This document shows positions 24,067 to 37,175 of a stretch of DNA of 64,000 nucleotides, piece after piece. The notes below the pieces were generated by a model that did not search any database, was not told the DNA's origin, and saw only the letters and a list, made by a program, of their open reading frames with translations. This stretch comes from Lepidodermella squamata (Eukaryota > Animalia > Gastrotricha). The translations under genes and the position numbers were made by a program. The stretch covers positions 1,550,001 through 1,614,000 of the forward strand of contig JBLDXI010000004.1 in the NCBI GenBank assembly GCA_047495785.1, read 5' to 3'. Each line of letters opens with the position of its first letter. Within the stretch, counting starts at the first letter, position 1.

Positions 24067-27000
24067 TCAGAGATCATATGGGAATATTTCCTCGGCCATG
24101 AAGTAGCTCGTTCCTCCCAGTCCAATTCCTGAGAAACAAATTCGAGAAATATTCTTGAAATTGGATATTAGATTCAGGCTAACCGCTGTTGTACATCATC
24201 CCTGGATAAGAAGTCGATTTGACAGCGTATTGAATTGTGAAAGTTACTTGGCCTGAAGCAACTGGCATCTCGCAAATACCCTCAACTGTAATTTCATAAT
24301 GAAAGTCGAGAATAAATGCAAACAAATCCCATACCGTAACCAGGTCGACCCATGTGAACCCCGTGATAGCCATTCCATAACAGCATTGACGTTTCAATCT
24401 GCGTCGGATCAGTGCACTCTTTTCCATTGATGCGAACAAACCTTAGACAAAATTGTAAACTAGGCTATTTCATGGAAAGTCTTCAAGTTCACCATTTTAA
24501 GTTTTCAGAATAATACTGCCAGTAATCCAAGGTTCCAATGAACATGCCAGTGTACCACTTCACATGGATAAACGATGTGTCTTGCAGTTTTGTCCACACG
24601 AAAGTCTAGAAAGTAGAACGAATTACTAGCAGAGGGAATTCTTGTTAAAATATGCCTTCAGGGGTGTATTTGCACATGGTTGATTCGAACAGCCACTGCT
24701 GCAGCTTCCACTGTAGCGGCACGAATCCTTGAAGCTGAAATACTGCCTGTTGAAGTAGGGCAGATCGGCCATGGTTCCATCCGATAACAGTAAGCCATTC
24801 GTTGGTAACAGCTCGTTGATTTCTTCGACGAATATTTGAGACGGCTGAGCGTTTCCCAGATTTACTTCGATGTAGGAAACAGCGTCAGGGCCGAAAGAAA
24901 TGCAGTTCTGATCGACCATGATGTTGATATCGTATTTGCCAATTGGAAGATTTCTGCACACGCCATCAACTTCACGCGACGGAAATCAGCACATTTTGGA
25001 ATTGAATTGGGTGAAATTGACTTTTAATTAAACTCACGATTGAAAGTTGTCGCGCCGACAGCCATTCGCCCGGCCGAATAGGTAGCAGACTGAGCCTGGT
25101 ACAGCGTGTGCTCAATCGGAAATGGATCCGTGCATTGTCGGCCGTTGATGAGAGCGAAAAAGTGGATGCATCGCCTGTAGACATCAAACATAACCTTGGC
25201 ATGCCAGTAGATGCGCAACAGCGAAGTAGCACTGCGCTTTTTGTATTTCAGAATTTGCTACAGGAAAGTTTTTTGCAAGGCAGTTGGATAATTCAAGTTT
25301 ATCTTACATAAGGCAGTTGCTGTTCTCCCGTTGCATAAGGCACCGACTCTTGAAACTGATCGGAAACAGTATTGAAAACTGTTGAAGATCGACAGATTAC
25401 GGTATCGTCTGATGGAACGATGCAAATTATCAAAAAATGCAGAACATGTATAATTCAAACCAGTTTTGAATAGGTAACTCGCAGGTATGAATTCTTCAAA
25501 GTAAACGAAGCTCGGTGCAGAATAGGGGCCCATGGTTACTCCGATTGAGGCGTACATGTCCTGACCCTGTTCACGTCGCAGGGAGACGCTGTACGACCGA
25601 TCACCGCGCGGCACCTCATTGTACGTACACAGCATCTCGCCTATATTATAGTGTAAAATGTATACTTATTCTTATGATATATATTGGTTTTCATTTACCA
25701 CCAACGGCAACGCCAGCATCTGCGCTGTAGCCAGGGTTTTTCATATCGCGACCGACGTGGTGTGTGAGGCTGAAATTGAGACAATTTCACAACTGGGTTT
25801 TATTTTAGCAAATGCGTGCCTACCCTTTCTCGCCTCTGCAGAAGTTACCATTAAGAGTCACATCGACGTAGGCTACTTCTCTTGCGCAACAACGCTGCCC
25901 CCATATGTACCTGTAAAACAATTAAAGGCTCAAAACTCTTATTTTCGAACGATCTCAAGCCCCTACCATGAGAAGCTCATTGATACTCGAACGTGCGTGA
26001 AATCGTGTAGTTTTTTCCAAGTTCCTTGCTGGTAAAATTGAGGTAAAATTAAATTTACCATGCATATTTTGTTGAGAGATTCGACATCATTCAGCTTTCA
26101 GCAAACCCCAAAAGATATGCTCGATAAACTTTCCAAATTGGTATGGAAGCTGAATGATCTCGGATTAGCTTAATTTGTTCCTAGCCATCTGCCTTCTTCA
26201 TAATTATAATTTATTTGGCCTCGAATATTTGGGAAAGTACTTGTAGATTCGAAATACAGGGGCGCTGGAGGTGTACTCAACCACACGAAGGGTGAAAAAA
26301 CCTCTAGAGGGACCCTTTTATTTCTGCGGATTCAAAATCCTACTTCGCAAACCGGCATTAGGCACACCGCTTTCAAAAATATTAGTCCATAATTGATTGG
26401 ATAATTTTCTGGGTCAAAATAAAAACTCAAAACTTACTCTGAAGTTCGTTATTGTGGATCGGCTGTAATAGTACAGCGCGAACTGCGTGAAATGAACCCT
26501 GCGAGGATACTCAACACAGCCGTTCTCCTCACCTTTGTAAAAATGACAGAGATTTTGTATGGGATTCAAAGCATAGATAGATTTATTACCTGCACAATAC
26601 GATTTAGCCCCATCACAGTCTTGAACGCAAACCGGAGTGATCGCATTCGGGTCATTTGTCGTTGGGACCGGGCAGAAGTTATCGCAATCCTGCACGCCAT
26701 TGCGGCGATCGGTCACGCCCTCGTCGAAATTCATCGCCGAGATGAGAACGCCCCGCATCAGGGCAGAAACGCTGCTCGAATGTTCTGACCTATCGAAATC
26801 CCGCGCTTGGACCTTGGTGGCTCGCATCAGGATGCAGGTGCGGTTGTACGGCTCGAAGAAGGCCGTTCGACACGGCGGGTCGGCCGAGGACAGGCATCGC
26901 GTTGCACAGCTCGATTGGTCCTTAGTCGTAAGTTGAGGCTGGATGATGTAACGCCCGAGAGCGATGTCCATCATGTCTAGGGTTATGAAAGACTCCGAGG

Positions 27001-27094
27001 TCTGTATCATGCGCGTGCATTTGCCTCGGAATATCATCTCGCCCACAGCTGGGATTGTCCATAGTGCGAAGATGAAAGCTAGGTCAATAATCAT
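24067..27094 (-). CDS. Secreted PAN/apple + 3x CTHRC1-C-terminal-like protein, copy C (multi-exon, apparently intact)
   Basis: Spliced translation includes GTWKKLHDFTHVRVSMSFSW-YIWGQRCC..NGNFC..SFVYFEEFIP, KKRSATSLLRIYWH..INGRQCTDPFPIE..SQIFVEEI and FVWTKLQDTSFIHVKWY..WFVRINGKECTDPTQIE..VEGIC..SYFMAEEIFPYDL*. Confidence 0.8.
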
Positions 27095-27993
27095 TATTGT
27101 TTTTTTCCTATCGGTAAGATTGCTTCATCGTTTTAGGTATTAGGAGGACTGAGGCGCGTTGCTGTTTTTCTAACGCTTAATAACCGACATATCTAGGGGT
27201 AGCCTCTGCGCATTGGTAAATCACGCAACGGGATAGAAAAACCGGTGTTTAATAATTCAGAACTACAATCTAAGCGCTGCGCCTTTAAAAAGGGACAATA
27301 GCGAGTGTTTAACCTTGCCCGTACTTTGCATTATTAATACGATCGATTAATTGCTTTTTTCTGCTGTAACCGTTTACAAATAATTGAGTGTGATAATTAG
27401 AAAAGCGAACTATCTTTTTATTTTTTATTGCGGCACAAAAAACTATGAAATGTCTCGGAACACCTGAACCTGTGATGGATGATAATTTTTGAAATCCCTG
27501 AATCAATATCATCAAAGGAACTGATAAAATGTATATTTTCGAATATAATTCATTTTATTTTTCGAGGATTTTAAATGCAGGGTGATTGAGAAGGATGGCT
27601 TGAATTTTTAAGTGCAAAGTCAGTTTTCGCCTGAACTGGGAACGGTGGGGACTTGCTGGGATCTACACCAACTAAGCCATCCAAATCGATTTAACTATCG
27701 GGCTCGTTCGTACGGGCTGCTACTGGCGATCTTCCACGTGTATGATTAAATCATGACCAGCCTTACAATCGGAAATTCGGCAATTGAGTGCACTTTCGCA
27801 ATTATACTAAACAATATAATTTCGATCATATTCATACATGTTCATTGTTTCCTACTGTAAGCCGGCTTTGGGTTTGATAAGAGCCTCTTTCTAATAGCAA
27901 TCTGGTCACGAACTCGAAGTTAATCCTCCGTCTGCAGAGGTTGGGAAATGGGCATTCACATGAAATGCGAACATTTTCAACAACAGCAAACAA

Positions 27994-28701
27994 ATGAAAA
28001 TTTGCCTCGGTCTTCTACTTGCTCTCGCGATTTTGAAATGCAACGCGGGACGGACTCGTTATGGCCGGCAAGGTCGGTTTGGCGGTAGGGCTGTCTTTCC
28101 GGTGGAAACTGACGAGCTCAAACCATTCGTTCGCTGTAAGCACCCGCACGACACGCGAATTCGCTGCTCAGAAAGCGAATGCGACTCTTCTAGGCTCATG
28201 GTATGACTATGGATTTTCTCAGAATTTCGAGTCCCAATTGCTTTCAACTAGGGATTGGCCCCGAAAATCCTGAGAATTGAAACGCCTGATTACTACTTCT
28301 GCAATGCCCTAGTGGTACGTCCGCTCATCTCGGTTCAGATTTTTGCAAGATGAATTATTCACACCAGGGCGTTTACTTGTGCGGCAATGAATGCATCGAG
28401 GATCAACACGATTGTCCTAAAGGAAAGGAACCGGTATTTAGATTGCTTATCGATTATTCCATATCGATATTGCACTGTCATTTTTCCGCCTATACAGACA
28501 GGCTATTGGTTATCTGATTCAAACACGCATGCGATGATGATGTGCGAGAATCGCAGAAAGTACGGCCAGGCGAATGTGCTGAGAGCAACACGTTCCAGCA
28601 GGTTCACGGCCAACAACGAGCGGCTTAATATCGATTGCTCGGCTGGCGGCAGCGGCAGAGTTAGAGCGGAATGCCAAGTCTCAAAGCACGCAATTATATA
28701 A
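27994..28701 (+). CDS. Small secreted 10-Cys protein, paralog 1 (4 exons, ~180 aa)
   Basis: Signal peptide MKICLGLLLALAILKCNA. Three phase-0 GT-AG introns give ...DSSRLM|GLAPKILRIETPDYYFCNALV|GVYLCGNECIEDQHDCPKGKEP|TGYWLSDSNTHAMMMC... Confidence 0.75.
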
Positions 28702-29136
28702 TTTCGAGATACTTGAATCATTGATGAAAACGAAATAAAGTTCAAGGCTTAACATTGCTATATTCCTTTTTGTTTTCATGGAGTCAGCATTCATCTGAAT
28801 GTAAAATTGCCCGAAACTATTAAAAGGCAAAATGCGAAGGTCATCTTTCATCATTCGGCCGAATGTAAAATTGAGCACCTTGGTTCAAATTCGATGATGA
28901 TTTTTCATAACAACTCATGATTGCTGAAATTCTAACCTTCCGGCGCTTTTCAGTTCTGCGCAGGATTATTTTAATTTTAAATATTAAATTCTAATTTTAT
29001 TCTGATCACATGTTCTCCGTCTAGCCAGCATCGAATTGAAATATCTGTACAGAAAAACATACAAATTTGCTTGAGAACCCAACGCAGTGCGCTCGGTTTT
29101 ATTTCCGCTGATCTTTCGTATTATCTCCGGTATCGA

Positions 29137-29854
29137 ATGGCGATTTCAACTGCTGCTCTTGCCGTTGCCTTCGCTTGCATTGTCGCTCATTCATCGCTGG
29201 CATGTGCGCAACGCAGTAGGTTCAAATTTCCGGCTCCGTACTTCAAATGCAAACACGCAACCTCGTCGAAAGCTTTCTGCTCGGACATGCCTTGTGATCC
29301 TATGAAAGCTCAGGTAATCTCAAAGATAGCCAAGGACAGCGTAGGATAAGGATTTTTATGTCATTATTTAGAAAAGCGTCCCTGATGGTGCGGTTATAGT
29401 CAAGTACAAAACTCGAGCAGTTTGCGAAGGATCGTCTGTAAGTTTTCAAAATTAGAGATTCCACGATTCATGGAGCTTGGTTTCAGGGCGTCGTAAGATG
29501 CAACGATGGCAGGTGCGTGGATGAAGGAATTGGATGCCCAGACAACACTTTCCCGGTAAGTTCAAATCTGATGTTATCAAACCTACCAGTTTTAGAATCT
29601 GTATCTTTTTTGCTAACTTTTTCCATTCTGCTTTACAGCAAGCTTATTTTTTGTCCGGTATTGCAAATGAAGCTATGCATCACTGCCGGGCCATCGAGCA
29701 GTATTCTTTCGCGAATATAATCACGATGGGCTATCAACAGGAGTGGAGAGTTCCATCGGCGCAGTACGACATTGCCTGCCGGCGGAAGTACGCAACCATT
29801 CTCTGCTACGTCGACCAACGCGAATCGGCGTATGAGCCAAGGGTGGATGAATAA
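29137..29854 (+). CDS. Small secreted 10-Cys protein, paralog 2 (4 exons)
   Basis: Signal peptide MAISTAALAVAFACIVAHSSLACA and the same three phase-0 introns: ...CDPMKAQ|KSVPDGAVIVKYKTRAVCEGSS|GVVRCNDGRCVDEGIGCPDNTFP|QAYFLSGIANEAMHHC... Confidence 0.75.
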
Positions 29855-30161
29855 AATATGATGAAAAAGTGTACGTGGTGTTTGTTGCATAATGCATATG
29901 CTAGCCAGGGTAAACGCAACAATGGCAACGCCTGTGAGCATTGAGCTTGATTTATTCACCATTCATCGACCTAATAACCGAGAAAACTAATAGTTGAACC
30001 TTAGTTTGGACTCTCTAAGAACTTTCAGCTATCATAAAAAATACGAGTTGTTAGAAAATACCTAAACTCACATCAGGAAAATCCAGGTCGAATTCAAATT
30101 TCTAATTCATTGTTTTTTTTTATTTACCAAGAATGTTCGGCCACATCACAATTTTTAATAT

Positions 30162-30560
30162 TTAAAGACTTAGGCCTAGAGCGTTCATCTTCTGTATGAA
30201 GAAGGGAATGTTGAATTTCGGAGGAAGGCACTTAATTTGTAAGTTGTTCCAGGTTGTAACAATATTTTGTAATCTTGAGAATATTTCGGTGTCGCGGCCA
30301 GTTGCTCTAGGATGATGCGCGTTGACAGGCGAGCGAAGTTTGACTTGAAAACGATGTTGTTTCGCCGATTCTCGAGATTTTGTGCGTCGCTTGGGTGTGA
30401 GCTGGAAGCGGTCGCGGATTTGTTTTGTGCCCCTTCTGCCGACGATGATCTTGTATAGGTAGCACATTACGCCGACGAATCTCCTTTCGCCCAGAGACAT
30501 TAGCTTGACCCCTGTTTGGCGAGTGAAGCGGTCTTGGACGGCTTGAAGGCGGTCTAGTGT
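30162..30560 (-). mobile_element. 5'-truncated CR1/L2-type LINE relic (ORF2 C-terminus)
   Basis: LDRLQAVQDRFTR..SLGERR....YLYKI...IFSRLQNIVTTWNNL resembles the conserved post-RT tail of CR1-group LINEs (LE.VQRRFT..L..RR...YKI..R.V..WN.L). Confidence 0.7.
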
Positions 30561-32759
30561 TCTTTTCGACGCGTGGGCGTAGCGTGGGCGTTCTTTTCGA
30601 CGCGAAGATTGTGGAACTAGCTATTCATTCCAAACATCGTAGAGTCAGCTCAAGGATATCTTCCAATTTGTTCCGAACTGGGAAGAGAAAGCTGAAAAGA
30701 TTGAACGAACGCAAACTCACAGTTCTCACAGTTCACCACTAGAAAACAAATTTTAGCTTTTTAGCCAAATAAAAAGCCATCGCCTCAAGAGTGCTAATAA
30801 TGCTTCCTACGTACCCTTATTTAGCTTTTTTCGCTATTCAACCAACAGCTATTTAGGTTTTTGGTTATTTAGCTTCTTGCATGTCGTGTCTCAGCTTGCT
30901 TGCGTAACAATGGGGCCGCAATCGACCGCAGCTGCTCACTTTCTCCTTCCTTCAACCCAAAATTTAAAAGATAAAAATCCATGTCTCTTTTCGGCTTGAG
31001 ATTTTATTTATTTTTTTCTTCATTTCACAATTTTTCATCACAGGTATCACAGAATGAGGTACACATTTTAAACGTAATTTCAATTGACTTGACAAAGCTG
31101 TGAAATATGAAATATTTTCTGCTCGATTTTCGAATTTTCAAATTTTCCATCCGCTTGCACTTGATTGAAGCAAACTACAAAACTATTTAAGGAATGGCAA
31201 CTACCCAAACAGCTACTAACCGATATAACAAAATCGATGTTAAAGGTCTCGATCCACATATACTTCAATCATAAAAAACAAAAATAATATCTTATAATCA
31301 CTGTGTCGCAAGGCAACCAAATTATCTTTTAAATTAGGCAGTCCACATTTTTTCAATAAATGTTTATCTCTCTCACTATTTGAACGCCGAAATTTGCTCC
31401 TGAAATTTGAAAAATTGCTTATTTTGAAATCTAGAATCACGAATATACCTTCGATTTATTTTTCGGATAGCCAAGCCAGATAAGCCGATTTCCATTTTGC
31501 CGTCGTCCAAGGTGACCATGTCCGTTTCGCAACGCTGCCTTCAAATTGCCTCGGGATTTCATTTGAAATTAGCGTCATTCGGCCTTGAAACGAAAAAGTC
31601 ACCGATATTTACGTGAAAGATTCCATGGGTAGAATTGCGAAAAGCGAGTACCGTATTTGCTCCTATAATAACTCGGTCAATTAAAATTTCAACCTCAACA
31701 TTTTTAAAAAATTGTACTACAAATCAGCGAAATTTTCGGGAATTTGAAATTTCACAAATTTTCCTAAAAAATTGAAAATACCTGAATAAATTATCTTAAA
31801 AAATTGAAAAATACCTGAGTATTTTGGTTATTCATACTTGGCTCTGTAGAGATAATTTCACCTGAATGTTGTTGATTTTTCAAGGAAAATAACGAATGTG
31901 ACAATCTACTTCAAAAATTAATAATTAAAAGAAAAATCAACATTTTTAAATTCTAATATTTTAAATAAGGATGAAACTCAATTTTAATTCGGTTGAAAAT
32001 TTTCGGTGTGACAAAAGTCTCATTTTCTAGAAAATACTGGAGTTTTCCTCACCTTGCAGCAACGAATTTCACACGCGATGGTCTTGAACTGAGGTCACCA
32101 AAATTCTTCTGAAAATTCAGAATAATTTTCAAATTTTAATCAAGTAAATTGATGAAATTATTATTTGTGATATTTACCGAAATTTCCGCTCCAATGCATT
32201 TTTAGGAATGATTTAAGCTCAACACACAAGACTTACAATTTTGACAAAATTAATGGAATTTCAATGAAAGATTCCCGCAAAAATGAACATAGCAGTCATA
32301 ATAAAACCTCTAGCTAACACGAGCCTCATCAGGTTAATGTGTTAATTGAATTGTTATTTTTCGCGCTACATTAGGAGTTAGGCAAGATGTTTAAGCTCGT
32401 GCTAGCTGAAGGAAATTATTCTAATTTTTCCCTCAATTTTTGTCAAATTTTAAAAATCTTTTGATAAAAATTAACAATAATCATGGATTGAATCGATGGC
32501 AGATCTTACCTGGCGTCAACTCGATTTGAAATGATTTCGTTGAAAACTGCTTGGGGTCTTTTCGCTGCAACTGACAGGGTCGTAGTATATTTTGAAAACT
32601 AAGTTGCAAAAAAACTATTTTTCGCTTCTGTGTGTATGGATGAAAAACGAATGAAATGGAGCTTCGAGTAGTCACAAGGGTCACATCCATTGTTGTGCAA
32701 CTTTATTACGCCGCATGCTTCCATTCGCAATTCATCGAAGGTTATTTAGCTATGGCTTT

Positions 32760-33275
32760 TTAGCTGATATTAAGCTGGGGCATAGCCTAGGCTTTTTTGC
32801 TACCTTTGGCTAAATGGAAATAGCTGATTAGCTTCACATTTTTCCTAGTGACGAGGTTACTGGCAAGATTGAAAACGAAATCATCGTGGCGGGTCGGGTC
32901 AGTTTCAAAGTCATGACGATTTACTTGGCCGCGCATATTGCCTTTCTTGCTACGTGGCTGGTTGTAGTTCCATTTAAATGCAGGCTGAAGCATTTTTCGA
33001 TTGATGAATACAACGAGGAAACTGATACGAAGCTAGAACATTCAGTTATTGAATGCATGTCAGGCAATCACGTTGTTTGGGCTCTTTCGTTTCTTATATT
33101 CCATGCAATTCTACTCATCGCTTTAGGATTTCTAGCCGTCCTACTGCGGTCGTCGAAAAGGAATCGATTATGCCCTGAGTTCAATCATAATTTTTTGCAT
33201 AATTGATAATGCAATGGGTATAGCGATTTATATCATCGGTATATTTGCTCAGCTATCGTTTATATTCCGCTGATG
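32760..33275 (+). pseudogene. Degraded class C GPCR (GABA-B receptor-like) 7TM fragment
   Basis: IAFLATWLVVVPF...YNEETDTKLEHSVIECMSGNHVVWALSFLIFHAILLIALGFLA resembles TM4-ECL2-TM5 of GABA-B-type receptors; the flanking TM-like segments are broken by stops and frameshifts. Confidence 0.5.
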
Positions 33276-33667
33276 CGGCTCGAAGTTGTAGCCGGACTGA
33301 GTTTGGTATATTCAGGCCTTTCTACAACTGCAACTTGGATCGAGCCAACTATCGCTATGTACCAGTCGAGCAGAGCCGAGAAACCACGCGAGGAGGCTCG
33401 CTAACGTTGAAAGGGAAATATGAACTGAAATAAAAGACATCAATTAACAAATGCACACCGTGACCATAAGGGTAAGGTTATGCCATAAATCTGCATAAAA
33501 ACTTCATTTCTGTACCTGAACTGCATGCTCGCTCAATTTGCGTCCTATTGAGTCCAGACTTTGTGGATTTATAAATTTAAGCATGCTTAACAAGTTGGAA
33601 CATTTCAAATAATCATACAGCAAAATGCACATCAAAATAAAATGGCTGAAAAAGTAACGAGGTATAA

Positions 33668-34481
33668 TGGTGCCTTCACAAATGCGTCCGACAAGCGTCC
33701 GACGTTTTCGGCGCCCGAAGTTTCGTAATAGGCACCCGAAGTAGCGTAATAGTTGTCCGACGTTTAGATTTCCTTTCACAAACGCGCGCACTTCGGCCCG
33801 CGCGCCCGAAGTTTAAACAATAGCGCGTCCGACGCGACGCGCGCACGCACAACAAAGAACGTCGGATCGGAGGCCCCCAAAACTACCGTCCGAAGTGCGT
33901 CCGAACCGAAGTTTGTAGCGCGCACTATTATGGACGCGCACCAATAGACATGAGCGCGCGCGGCCATTTGACTGCTTGACTACACTTGACTACGCTTGAC
34001 TAGCTGTAAAACACTCAAACCGTCTTGAATTACGATGAGTGGTGAAATTTAGTTCGAAATTTACCAATTTTTCAATTTTTTTAAAGCCGCGCACACCGAA
34101 AAACGAAGCTCGGCGCGGCAAGAAAAATTGATGATATGCAAATCATGCGCGTCTTAATCACATTATTTTTCGATGAAATGTATATTTTTATGATCCGCTT
34201 CGCATTTCACGTCTCATTATTTAGTTGAATTAAGCATTTACGCTGAAATAAAAAAAAATTGCCCGACCCCGGTACCTTGCCTGCGACTCGCATGCATGCG
34301 CGCTCAAGTGCGTGACATTCAGCAACTTCGACGACTAAACAATAGAGACTTCGGGCGCCCGACCTCGCGCGCGTGTCCGAAGTGCCACTGATAACGCTCT
34401 CCGACGTTTCGCCTTACACTGCCGAAGTTTACGAGTTGCTAGCGGAAGTTTTCAACGTCGGACGCATTTGTGAAAGCACCA
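33668..34481. mobile_element. PIF/Harbinger-type MITE
   Basis: TIR TGGTGC(C/T)TTCACAAATGCGTCCGAC, 3-bp TSD TAA on both sides, and many subterminal TCCGAC/CCGAAG motifs. Confidence 0.85.
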
Positions 34482-35421
34482 TAATACATAATAGACATTG
34501 CCAAACTCGAGCCATACTTCTCCTTGACAAACCTTCTACAATCCCCAACTAACAAGTTTCTTGCTTCAGATTTGCGATTCATATCGGTTATCTTGTTTGT
34601 TGTCAATTTGTCATCTTCTTTGCTTGAATCTTCCTCCTGTTTCCTGCTCATAGGTTTCTTCCTCCTCACACTCTTTTTTTTCAAATGCTACTTCTTCGTA
34701 CGGTTTTTATAAGTTTGATAAGTGATAAGAGTGATAAGTTGCATACATAGTTGTGAACGATTATATTAATGGAAAGCAACATTCACTTTGGTTATTCATC
34801 TTAGGCCGGATTTTGCGGAGTCAAAGTCCAACTACGTGTTGCTGTGATGGTCGATATGATAGCATCATTGGGATCAACGGGGCTTGGCAGCACGCGATTC
34901 TATCAATTGATTAACATAGTGTGAAAAAAATCACACCCACCAACCCGACCAGCCCCACTATCGCGACCGACCCAGCAACAAGTAGTTGGACTTTGACACT
35001 GCATATCCAGACTAAGATGTTGCTACTGCCTGCGACAGCTCAACTCAATATTGCAAACTTGTCATACGTATTTCTCAATCCGTTAGTTGCAGGCATTATT
35101 TTATTTTTCGCGCTTTCTTATTTTTTCGTTCTTTGCTTGGTCTGTACCTAATGTCACGTTTTTATCTGCTCTATAGCACGTTTAAAAACAGATAAGAGGC
35201 TTTCGTTGCAAACTTCTAGAGAAAACAATTCGTTCTGGGTCCTTATCGACCCTCATTCTCACACTTTTCGACTCCCCTATGCAGCGAATTAACTCAATAT
35301 TATCTAAAAAAAATTGTTTCTTACAACTATCTGGTTTTCTATTTTTGTTGTAGGGTTTCGGACTAGTTAAGGTTTCTATTTCTGCGCTTTCAAAAATGCC
35401 GTCTGCTATCTGTTCATAAAA

Positions 35422-36294
35422 ATGACATCGTTGGAACAGGTTGTTGAAGGAGTAAAAAATGGTTGGATCATTGGCTCACATGTTGAGACCATTTACGGTA
35501 CTTCAAAAGTAGGACAACGATTTGCGATTCTTATTACAAAGAGCATATGGTATGCACTACGTCTTATTATGGATGAGGATTACCGACAATATGAGATATA
35601 TAGGCACTTGCTGTATTCATCGAATAAAGATGAGTGGATATATTCTGAACAAGCCTGGACAAAAGACGACATTCTGGTGACAGCGCGACGTTTGAAGGCA
35701 CGACTTGAAAGTGGCAACTTTATCGAGTTTTGGACTAATCAATTTATCGAAAGACGTGTTATTCAACGATTCAATTCTGATCAAAGAGCGCGTGTTATGC
35801 CGCGCGACTGTGCGCAAAATCCAGACAAATACTTACAGCCGGGGGACACAATTGACACTGAATTCGCATTTGTCGCAATGCATCAGGGGATCTACATCGG
35901 TAACGGAGAAGTTGTCCATGTTTCCGGGCATGGAGGAGGAAAAACCGATTCCTGCGTGCGCATCGGCAAGTTGCTCGGAAATTTTGTTCATGAGGCGAAT
36001 GCTCCTATCCGAGTCATAGCCTATCGGTTACGTCTTCATAAAAGAGAGGATATCGTACGTATTGCTAAAGACCTGGCGAACAAGAGGAGTCTTGCAGGGG
36101 AGTACAATGTGTTTGACAGCAGCTGCATTGATTTTGTCCAAATGTTTTACAAACCTGAATTTCTGCTTTCTTTTTGGTCATTTTTGAAAAGAGGAGAATA
36201 TACCCCCTCATTGAAAAGCGTACGTGAATGGAATGGAGCGTTATGGGAATGGGAAAGATACACTCTAAAGATACACGGGTATCGTCTATATTAA
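35422..36294 (+). CDS. LRAT/NC-domain (HRASLS/PLAAT-like, permuted NlpC/P60) protein
   Basis: 290-aa ORF with LQPGD..HQGIYIGNGEVVH and YNVFDSSCIDFV (NCEHF equivalent); the His-His-Cys catalytic residues are retained. Confidence 0.85.
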   Translation: MTSLEQVVEGVKNGWIIGSHVETIYGTSKVGQRFAILITKSIWYALRLIMDEDYRQYEIYRHLLYSSNKDEWIYSEQAWTKDDILVTARRLKARLESGNFIEFWTNQFIERRVIQRFNSDQRARVMPRDCAQNPDKYLQPGDTIDTEFAFVAMHQGIYIGNGEVVHVSGHGGGKTDSCVRIGKLLGNFVHEANAPIRVIAYRLRLHKREDIVRIAKDLANKRSLAGEYNVFDSSCIDFVQMFYKPEFLLSFWSFLKRGEYTPSLKSVREWNGALWEWERYTLKIHGYRLY

Positions 36295-36907
36295 AAACCT
36301 AGTCCGTAACCCGTTGCCGTAACCTGGTTCACCGTTGCGAGACCCGATACTACTGGCGTAAAGATTCGAGGACTAGGTTTTTTAACATTGTCCCGGGCTT
36401 CGCCCGGCTTTCGTAAAAACGAAAACCGTGTGAAGTTTTAGAGTGTAACACCGTGACTTAATATCAAAAATGAACAAGAAACATAATTAAATCATTAAAT
36501 ATTGGATAAAAATGATTAAAAATATCAACATACTGTAATAATTATTTGTCATTCATTTAAGAAATCATATTCATATATTATATTATTTATACCACTATTG
36601 CGCATATCGTAATTTCTTTTCGTCCTATGTATCTGAGCAGTTTCTGACATATACGTGACCTCGCTGTGGACCACTCGTGTATGAACGATCCCAGCCATTT
36701 AGCTAGGATATGCCATATACCCAGAACTTGAACTTGGAAAATTAATTCCAAGTTTTTTGTTTATGTGACGTGAGCGGGCGTTGAACCCGATGCTCGCTAT
36801 CTTTTAGCACAGGGCTAAACAACTAGACAACGAAGACACGCACAAATGTTTATCCTAAAAGGGGCATATAAGCCTAACAACGTTTTCAAAGTTTCAAACA
36901 AAAAAGA

Positions 36908-36968
36908 GCTGGCACCAGGCATCGAACCTGTCACCTAAGCAGCATTCTAACCACTAGACTAAGAGGGC
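36908..36968 (-). repeat. tRNA-derived fragment (not a functional tRNA)
   Basis: The minus strand has A-box TAGTCTAGTGG and B-box GGTTCGATGCC but is too short and has no proper anticodon arm; similar relics at ~36775-36830 (-) and ~37037-37110 (+). Confidence 0.6.
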
Positions 36969-37124
36969 TGGATAAATCAAGATGCTCAATTTGACTATTT
37001 TAGTGGATTAAGAAAACCTATTAATGATAGTTTTGTGGTCACCTGAGTGGCTTGTGGATGATAGTTGATGCTTCTAACATTTTAGCGTCACTTGTTCGAA
37101 TTCTGGTGGTACGTTTTGTTTTTG

Positions 37125-37175
37125 TTTTTAATTTTAATTTAATTTTAATTTAATTTTAATTTAATTTAATTCTAA
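37125..37175. repeat. (TTTAA/TTTTAA)n microsatellite
   Basis: Seen directly in the sequence. Confidence 0.85.

Noticed and set aside
32300-32340. Other CTGATGA hammerhead-like cores (also ~52820 and ~13060)
   Set aside because: No correctly placed stem II plus GAAA.
31650-32480. Tc1/pogo-like element beginning TACCGTATTT
   Set aside because: No matching right-hand TIR was found in the AT-rich region.
34439-34700. Lys/Glu-rich minus-strand ORF
   Set aside because: Short, low complexity, no ATG start or recognisable motif, and it runs into a MITE.
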